From an uncultured Chloroflexia bacterium (GTDB taxonomy: Bacteria; Chloroflexota; Ktedonobacteria; Ktedonobacterales; JADMIN01): a stretch of 32,000 nt of DNA. How positions within the stretch are numbered: position 1 is the stretch's first letter; each line of letters opens with the position of its first letter. A program made the translations under genes and the position numbers. Positions 25,950-32,000 of this stretch are shown here, piece after piece. Under the pieces are notes generated by a model that was not told the origin of the DNA, ran no database searches, and was given only the letters and a program-made list of their open reading frames with translations. The stretch lies in the NCBI GenBank assembly GCA_963718915.1, contig CAVRAI010000001.1, positions 477,911 through 509,910 of the forward strand. The letters run 5' to 3'.

Positions 25950-27428
25950 TCAGACGACATTCTTCCATACGCCGTGAGAGTAGTGCGAGATGCCCCAGCC
26001 GCCCATGGCCCAGAACTCATCGGGCGAGACAAAGTCGAATTCATCGGCGTTGTACGGACTGGGTGTGGAAGCAATTGGAACCTCGACCCATTGCCCATGT
26101 TGCAAGTGATACATCGGAATGAATTGGAAGGACACCTTGGGCAGACCAGGCTGCGGCTGATCGACCTGTGCGGCGGAATCAATTCCCCCAATCATCCATC
26201 CATCTGTCGCAGAGAGCATCTGAATGCTCTCGATTCTGCCCACGAGCGAGCTATACCCATGTGGATTGGGAACAGGCGCGTCTTTCCAGACGCCGTCGGT
26301 GAGTCGCCAGAGGAAGGGTCTGACCACTGCCGAACTACCGCCGTCCACATTCTTCTTGAAATCCGTCAAGTAGTCGCCACCGAGCCAGCCGTCGCTGGCC
26401 GACGCCATCGAGATAGTTGCCAGATCGTAGGCTGGGTATGTTTTCTCCACATCCCACACGCCACCCGTGTAATGTAGCAACACACCCAGGGGCGTCAAAT
26501 CATTCGCCGCTGCATCGTTCGTTGGGCTGTACATCGTCTGACCGATTGCCCACCCCTCATTCGCCGAAGTCATCGCGATACCAGATAGATCGTAATACCC
26601 CAGATGAAGCGCTTGTGGTGTGGGCAAGTCCTGCCCAACCCAGGCACTGCCATCGTAGTGCAGGACAAAAGGTTTGTCAGAGTGACCAGCGATCCAGATC
26701 GCGGATGGCGAGACGGCGGCAATCTGCTCGTACTCATCGTAGGCGCCCTGCCGCGGAACCGTCACCTGCCGCCACGAATGGCCATCGTAGTGGTAGACAT
26801 TGCTGCCGACGAGCCAGCCATCGCTCGCGCTGAGCATCTTGAGCGCGTTGATACGCCCCTTAACGCCTGTCTGCACCCGCGTCCACTTGCCAGCGGTGTA
26901 GTGTAGCGCGATCACGGGTGTGCCGCCACCGTTTGATTTGCTGCCGAACGCCCAACCATCGGTCGGCGATGACATGCTGATGACGGTCGTCTCCATGGGC
27001 ATATAGGTGAGCGGAATTGTCAACGCGCCGCCATGTTTGGCGCCGTCGCCTGGCCGAAGCGGACCGTACGTCGTGAAGAGGTATCCCGCCAGTAGCGAGA
27101 TAACCAGCACCGCCGCCAGCCCTACAGCGCCCGTGACCATCCGCCGCGAACGGAGCGGTGTCTGGGTTGGTGACCGTATCTCGATGGGCGTTATAGGCGA
27201 TGACGCCTCATGCAAGCCCGCCAGCAGCCGCGCGATGTCGAGTGGCGGTGGCTCCAGTCCGCGCAGCCCCATGCCAATCTCCGCGAATGCGACCAGGCGT
27301 TCGCGGCAGGCGGCGCAGGCGGCGATATGGGTGCGGATCAGCGCCATGCGCGCCGGGGCGAGGTCATCGTCATACCAGCGCGAGAGTTCGTCATCGCTTA
27401 GGCCGAGCAAGCATCGTTCGGAAATCAT
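25950..27428 (-). CDS. Anti-sigma factor: N-terminal zf-HC2 domain, one TM helix, extracytoplasmic 7-bladed beta-propeller-like (Ycf48/BNR-like) sensor domain
   Basis: The HIAACAACRERL (Hx3Cx2C) motif is followed by the TM helix VTGAVGLAAVLVISLLAGYLF. Seven spaced S(P/A)(T/S)DGW-type blade motifs then occur: SPTDGWAFG, SASDGWLVG, SPSAIWIAG, SANEGWAIG, SASDGWLGG, SATDGWMIG, SPDEFWAMG. A 4-bp ATGA overlap (27425-27428) links it to the upstream ECF sigma gene. Confidence 0.8.
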   Translation of the reverse strand: MISERCLLGLSDDELSRWYDDDLAPARMALIRTHIAACAACRERLVAFAEIGMGLRGLEPPPLDIARLLAGLHEASSPITPIEIRSPTQTPLRSRRMVTGAVGLAAVLVISLLAGYLFTTYGPLRPGDGAKHGGALTIPLTYMPMETTVISMSSPTDGWAFGSKSNGGGTPVIALHYTAGKWTRVQTGVKGRINALKMLSASDGWLVGSNVYHYDGHSWRQVTVPRQGAYDEYEQIAAVSPSAIWIAGHSDKPFVLHYDGSAWVGQDLPTPQALHLGYYDLSGIAMTSANEGWAIGQTMYSPTNDAAANDLTPLGVLLHYTGGVWDVEKTYPAYDLATISMASASDGWLGGDYLTDFKKNVDGGSSAVVRPFLWRLTDGVWKDAPVPNPHGYSSLVGRIESIQMLSATDGWMIGGIDSAAQVDQPQPGLPKVSFQFIPMYHLQHGQWVEVPIASTPSPYNADEFDFVSPDEFWAMGGWGISHYSHGVWKNVV

Positions 27429-28075
27429 GCGCGCGCCTCCTCGCTGTCATCGCGGCTGTAATGCTGGCGGAAGTGGGCGCGTGCGCGCGAGAGCAGCATC
27501 CGCACCGAGTTCGCGGAGATATCCAGCGCGTGGGCGATCTCGTCCATCGAAAAACCCTCGACCTCGCGCAGTACCAGGGCGGCCCGTTCGCGTGCGGGCA
27601 AGCGGATCAGCGTCTGGTGGATCATCTCCAGGCTGGCGATGCGCCCGGCGGGGTCGTCTGTCGTTGGCTGAACGTCCTCGTGTAGGGGTACGATATGGCC
27701 CGCTGCCGTTGCGCGGCGCTCGATGGCGTTCAAGGCGAGATTAGTCGCGACGCGAAAGAGCCACGCGCCGGGCTGCTCATAGTGGCGAATCTTCTCGAAC
27801 TGCTGCCAGGCGCGCAGGAAGGTTTCCTGGCAGAGGTCATACGCCGTCTGCTCGTCGCCGGTCAGTCGCCAGAGATAGCCAAAGACATCCGACTCGCGCC
27901 CGGAGATAAAGTCCTCGAATGTTTCGTATGCGCCGTGGGCTGGCGCAGATGCCGGGATATTCTGTTTGCGCACGGCCAGCGTCAGCGCGCGCCAGAGCCA
28001 GGCCAGCCGCGACGCCGCGCGCTGGTGCGAGCGTGTTGGTTGCCCGATTGAACGCCAGGGCGAGGTGATTGCCAT
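27425..28075 (-). CDS. ECF-type RNA polymerase sigma factor
   Basis: Region 2 reads FGYLWRLTGDEQTAYDLCQETFLRAWQQF...PGAWLFRVATNLALN. Region 4 reads LPARERAALVLREVEGFSMDEIAHALDISANSVRMLLSRAR. ATG 28075 (GGAGG 5 nt upstream) is preferred, and the ORF-track start at 28204 is probably too long. A ~50-aa N-terminal extension remains before region 2. Confidence 0.85.
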   Translation of the reverse strand: MAITSPWRSIGQPTRSHQRAASRLAWLWRALTLAVRKQNIPASAPAHGAYETFEDFISGRESDVFGYLWRLTGDEQTAYDLCQETFLRAWQQFEKIRHYEQPGAWLFRVATNLALNAIERRATAAGHIVPLHEDVQPTTDDPAGRIASLEMIHQTLIRLPARERAALVLREVEGFSMDEIAHALDISANSVRMLLSRARAHFRQHYSRDDSEEARA

Positions 28076-28288
28076 CCGCGCCTCCATTGTTGCCACTGTT
28101 GGCAAGATTGCTCCGGCATAGTGTACTGCACACCAGCCGTCACCTCTACACACAGGGCATAACAGGCCTTTGCAACAACGATTCGCCAGCGAGAGCGCTC
28201 CCACTGTTCTCTGGCTATCTTACTCAGCCACGCCTCGCCTGATACACTATAAGTGGGGCTATGTGTGGGGAGAGTGAGGAGGCGCGCT

Positions 28289-29881
28289 ATGCGACGCTGG
28301 AACGGTTGGGGCGACGATACCATCAGCCTGCATCTGCCGGGTTCGACCGCGCGCTTTCTGGAGCAGCTACTCGGGCCAGGCACACCGCCGCATGATGTGA
28401 CGCTGGCACGGGTGGTGGAACAGGTTCCCAACTCACGCCTACCTGAGCATCCCCTCGTGACGACCGACGCCGCCGAACGGGTGCGTCACGCGCGCGGGCA
28501 GAGCCTGGGCGACTGGATCGCGCTGCGGAGCGGGCAGATCGAGACTTTCCCCGATGGCGTCGCCTATCCCCAGCGCGCCGAGGATGTGGCCGTGCTGCTC
28601 GCCTGGGCCGCTACGGCCGACGCGCGGATCATCCCCTACGGCGGCGGCACCAGCGTGGCCGGGCATATCAATCCGCTGGCGGGCGAGGCGCCCGTGCTGA
28701 CGGTGGATATGCGCCACATGAACCGGCTGCGCGCCTTCGACGAGGTCAGCCAGCTCGCCAGCTTCGAGGCGGGCGTGCGCGGCCCCGACCTGGAGGCGCA
28801 CCTGCGGGCGCGTGGCTATACGCTGGGGCATTTCCCGCAGTCGTTCGAGTATTCGACGCTCGGCGGCTGGATCGCCACACGCTCCAGTGGCACGCAGTCG
28901 CTTGGCTACGGGCGCATCGAACAGCGGTTCGCCGGAGGGCAGATGGTCTCGCCGGTTGGCACGCTCGATCTGCCAGTGTTTCCGGCCTCCGCAGCTGGCA
29001 CCGATCTGCGCGAGATGGCGCTCGGCTCCGAGGGGCGGATGGGCATCGTCACCGAGGCGACGGTGCGTATCTCGCCGCTGCCAGCGGTCGAGGCGTTCCA
29101 TGCGGTCTTCTTCCCCACATGGGAGCAGGGTATTTCCGCCGCGCGGATGCTCTTGCAGAGTGGCTTGCCGCTCTCGATGGTACGGCTGAGCACCCCGCGC
29201 GAGACAGAGACAAACCTCGTGCTGGCGGGCCATCGCCGGATTATCGCCGTGCTGGATCGCTATCTGGCGGTGCGCGGCGCGGGGACGGAGAAGTGCATGA
29301 TGGTGCTGGGCTTCGCCGGGCGCGAACCACTGGTGGAGACGACACGCAAAGAGGCGCTGGCAATCGCCGGGCGACACCAGGGTGTGCATCTGGGGCAGGC
29401 GCTTGGCCGGGCGTGGCACAAGAGCCGCTTCCACACGCCGTATCTGCGCAACACGCTCTGGCAGGCGGGCTACGCGATTGATACCGTAGAGACGGCGACC
29501 ATCTGGAATAACGTACCGGAGATGGTGACCGCCATTGAGGCGGCGCTCTGTGACGCGCTAGCGGGGCATGACGAGCGCGTGCACGTCTTCACCCACCTCT
29601 CACATCTCTATCGCCACGGCGCCAGCGTCTATACCACCTATCTCTATCGGCTGGCGGCCAGCCCGGATGAATCGATCGCGCGCTGGCAGCGGCTGAAGTC
29701 GGCGGCGAGTGCGGCGATTGTAGCGCACGGCGGCACGATCAGCCACCAGCATGGCGTCGGGCGTGACCATCTACCCTACCTGTCCGCTGAGAAAGGCGAC
29801 GCTGGCATCGCGGCGATTCAGGCGCTCTGCGCGCATTTCGATCCGGCGGGCATCATGAATCCGGGCAAGCTGGTGGAATAG
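28289..29881 (+). CDS. FAD-linked oxidase, alkyl-DHAP-synthase (AgpS)-like
   Basis: ATG 28289 follows GAGGAGG at 28276-28282. The N-terminal MRRWNGWG resembles the kWNGWG start of alkyl-DHAP-synthase-like flavoproteins. A PCMH-type FAD-binding domain is present (IIPYGGGTSVAGH), and the C-terminus has GGTISHQHGVG...DPAGIMNPGKL. Confidence 0.8.
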   Translation: MRRWNGWGDDTISLHLPGSTARFLEQLLGPGTPPHDVTLARVVEQVPNSRLPEHPLVTTDAAERVRHARGQSLGDWIALRSGQIETFPDGVAYPQRAEDVAVLLAWAATADARIIPYGGGTSVAGHINPLAGEAPVLTVDMRHMNRLRAFDEVSQLASFEAGVRGPDLEAHLRARGYTLGHFPQSFEYSTLGGWIATRSSGTQSLGYGRIEQRFAGGQMVSPVGTLDLPVFPASAAGTDLREMALGSEGRMGIVTEATVRISPLPAVEAFHAVFFPTWEQGISAARMLLQSGLPLSMVRLSTPRETETNLVLAGHRRIIAVLDRYLAVRGAGTEKCMMVLGFAGREPLVETTRKEALAIAGRHQGVHLGQALGRAWHKSRFHTPYLRNTLWQAGYAIDTVETATIWNNVPEMVTAIEAALCDALAGHDERVHVFTHLSHLYRHGASVYTTYLYRLAASPDESIARWQRLKSAASAAIVAHGGTISHQHGVGRDHLPYLSAEKGDAGIAAIQALCAHFDPAGIMNPGKLVE

Positions 29882-29902
29882 GTTGAGGCGCCCACGACGG
29901 TT

Positions 29903-30028
29903 GGCGGCTGAAGCCGCGCCTATGGGCCTACGGCCGCAAAGGCCGCCTGCGCGGCCTGCAGAGTGCGCAAGTTGCGTCTGTCTCTGGAGGCTGCGAAGGC
30001 AGGCTTTGCGGCGAAGCCCTTAGCCGCG
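29903..30028 (+). repeat. Family-3 intergenic element, copy 2 (forward orientation)
   Basis: GGCGGCTGAAGCCGCGCCTATGGGCCTACGGCCGCAAAGGCCGCCTGCGCGGCC...GGCTGCGAAGGCAGGCTTTGCGGCGAAGCCCTTAGCCGCG. It lies between the FAD oxidase and glpD. Confidence 0.85.
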
Positions 30029-30108
30029 TGTTCACGCGCCAGGGTTGTTTCAGGCCACGGCGCGGTTCAATCAGGCAGGCGCTGCCATGTGGACGAGGGG
30101 ATAGCAGG

Positions 30109-31861
30109 ATGAGAGCAATAACGCAAGAACGAGACGCCATCTGGCAGCGCATTGGCGGGCCGTGGGATATCCTCATCATCGGCGGCGGCGTCACCGGCGT
30201 GGGGCTGCTGCGCGAGGCGGCGCATCTAGGGCTGAGGGCGCTGCTGGTTGAACGGCGCGATTTCGCCTGGGGCGCATCGAGCCGCTCCTCCAAGTTGGTG
30301 CATGGCGGACTGCGCTACCTCAAGCAGGGCGATCTACGGTTGACGCGCGAATCGGTGCGTGCCCGCAACCGGCTGTTGCGGGTGGGCGCGGGCCTGATAA
30401 CGCCGCTGGGCTTCCTGCTGCCGGTCTATCGTGGCGAGCGTCCGGGCCGTCGCATGGTTGGCGCGGCGCTGGCCGTCTACGATGCCCTCGGCTCACAGTG
30501 GACACACCGCTACCGCAACGCCAGCGATTTCTTACTGCTGGCTCCCTCCGTGGCGCAGGCGCGACTGCGCGGCGGCTTCGCCTATCAGGATGCGCAGACC
30601 GATGATGCGCGGCTGGTGTTGCGGCTGCTACGCGAGGCCGAGGCGGCGGGCGGCTACGCCATCAACTACGTCGCCGCCGAATCGCTGCTGCGCGATGAGG
30701 ACGGGCGAGTGATGGGCGTGAGGCTGCGCGACGCCGAGGATGGACGCACCGGCGAGGCGCGCGCCACCGTCGTCGTCAACGCGACGGGCGCCTGGGCCGA
30801 CCATCTGCGCGGGCAGGCAGGCGGCGCGATGCGACTGCGACCCTTGCGTGGCAGCCATCTGGTCTTCCCGGCGTGGCGTTTCCCGCTGGCGCAGGCTATC
30901 GGCTTCAACCATCCCGCCGATCATCGTCCAGTCTTCGCGCTGCCGTGGGAGGGCGTGACGCTGGTGGGCACCACCGACGTCGACCATACACGCCCACTCG
31001 ACGACGAGCCGACCATCGCGCCGGAGGAGGTCGCCTATCTGATGGAGGCGCTTGCCGCGCGCTTCCCTGCGCTGGAGCTGACGGCGGCCGACGCGATTGC
31101 GACCTTCGCGGGCCTGCGCCCGGTGATTGGCTCGGATAATACCGACCCTTCGCACGAATCGCGCGACGCCGCCCTCTGGGATGACGATGGACTGTTGACC
31201 GTCACTGGTGGCAAGCTGACCACCTTCCGCGAGAGCGCGATTCTGGCGCTCAGCGCTATCTGCGAGCGCATTCCGACGATGGCGCAGCCCGCGTCGGATG
31301 CGGCTCCGCTCGATTCCGTTGACCCACTGGATGAGCGGCGCGATGGAGCTTTCGCCGGAGCAACGGCAGCGGCTGGCGGGCCGCTATGGCGCGGACGCCT
31401 CTGCGCTGGTGTCGGCGGCGCATCCTGGCGAGCTGGCAGCGATACCCGATACACCGGTACTCTGGGCCGAGCTACGCTGGGCGGCGCGGATGGAGCGCGT
31501 GCGGCATCTGGACGATTTGCTGCTGCGGCGAGTGCGGCTGGGACTGCTGCTACCAGAGGGCGGCGCGGCGCATCTCCCCGCGATTCGCGCGATCTGCCAG
31601 CCAGAACTGGGCTGGGACGATGCGCGCTGGCAGGCGGAAGAGGCGCGCTACCGGGCGCTCTGGCAGGCGTGCTATCGCGTCCCCGACGAGGCGCTGCGGC
31701 ACATAGGAGAAAGCGCCTCCGAGGCTGAGTCAGTGTCAACCCCGCACAGGCCACGCTGGCTGCTGGTGGTGGCGCTGGTGGCCGCTGGCGCTGGTGTGGC
31801 AGTGTTTTCAGTGGCGGCTATCCTGCTGGCGCGGCGAACGCCGCGCCAGTCCGATGCATGA
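30109..31861 (+). pseudogene. glpD: FAD-dependent glycerol-3-phosphate dehydrogenase, +1 frameshift in the C-terminal third as sequenced
   Basis: From ATG 30109 the translation reads DILIIGGGVTGVGLLREAAHLGLRALLVERRDFAWGASSRSSKLVHGGLRYL (the dinucleotide fold plus the GlpD signature). After about residue 400 this frame degenerates into Ala/Gly/Arg-rich nonsense. Frame 2 (ORF 31298-31861) instead gives the expected C-terminal domain ...LSPEQRQRLAGRYGADASALV...LWAELRWAARMERVRHLDDLLLRRVRLG. The shift lies somewhere in 31298-31350, and CCC at 31323-31325 is a candidate site. Confidence 0.8.
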
Positions 31862-31940
31862 CGCTGGCCCAGGGCAGCCATGCTCAAGGGCTGCTGTGAA
31901 GACCATTTGATACTGATTTCGTTTGGATTGTTGTCCTTGG

Positions 31941-32000
31941 GGGCAGGCCGTAGCGTGAACGCTACGGCGAATGGGGCTGGGAAATTAGCCGCAGCCTGAA
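31941..32000 (-). repeat. Family-2 intergenic element, copy D (reverse orientation, truncated by the window end)
   Basis: GGGCAGGCCGTAGCGTGAACGCTACGGCGAAT-[11-nt loop GGGGCTGGGAA]-ATTAGCCG... It matches copy C and the reverse complement of copy B. Confidence 0.75.

Overview
This is a GC-rich (about 63-65%) bacterial chromosomal window. Gene content and the intergenic palindromes are reminiscent of Chloroflexota, but that is inference only. I call about 25 protein-coding genes and found no rRNA, tRNA, CRISPR array, transposase or integrase.

The left end holds an activated-methyl-cycle cluster (a PfkB kinase fragment, ahcY, metK) and an MFS transporter. Next comes a Type III restriction-modification locus (mod 5404-7412, res 8391-10965), which is the most unusual part of the window for three reasons:
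- mod and res are held about 1 kb apart by a DUF559/Vsr-like endonuclease gene.
- Each gene of the locus is preceded by a head-to-tail dimer of a ~118-bp nested-palindrome element, and a single copy follows res. There are 10 copies between 2.0 and 11.1 kb.
- The central part of mod is a sharp ~47% GC island that carries two frame changes.

The rest of the window encodes a SAM-dependent methyltransferase, a DUF2071 protein, an SDR, a sulfite-oxidase-family molybdoenzyme, a Bcp peroxiredoxin and a stand-alone murG. It continues with a prolyl oligopeptidase, an alpha/beta hydrolase, a GNAT and an ABC-2 exporter pair split by a ~400-bp composite repeat insertion. The right end holds a sigma-70, an ECF sigma with an anti-sigma carrying a beta-propeller sensor, and an AgpS-like flavoprotein next to GlpD. 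Two further intergenic repeat families occupy 15-32 kb.

Seven frame disruptions in six genes are all +1 (one extra base), and four of them sit in short G/C runs. This points to consensus or sequencing error rather than true pseudogenisation, and it must be resolved before reading biology into the disruptions.

All functional calls come from motif recognition in the supplied translations. No database searches were run.
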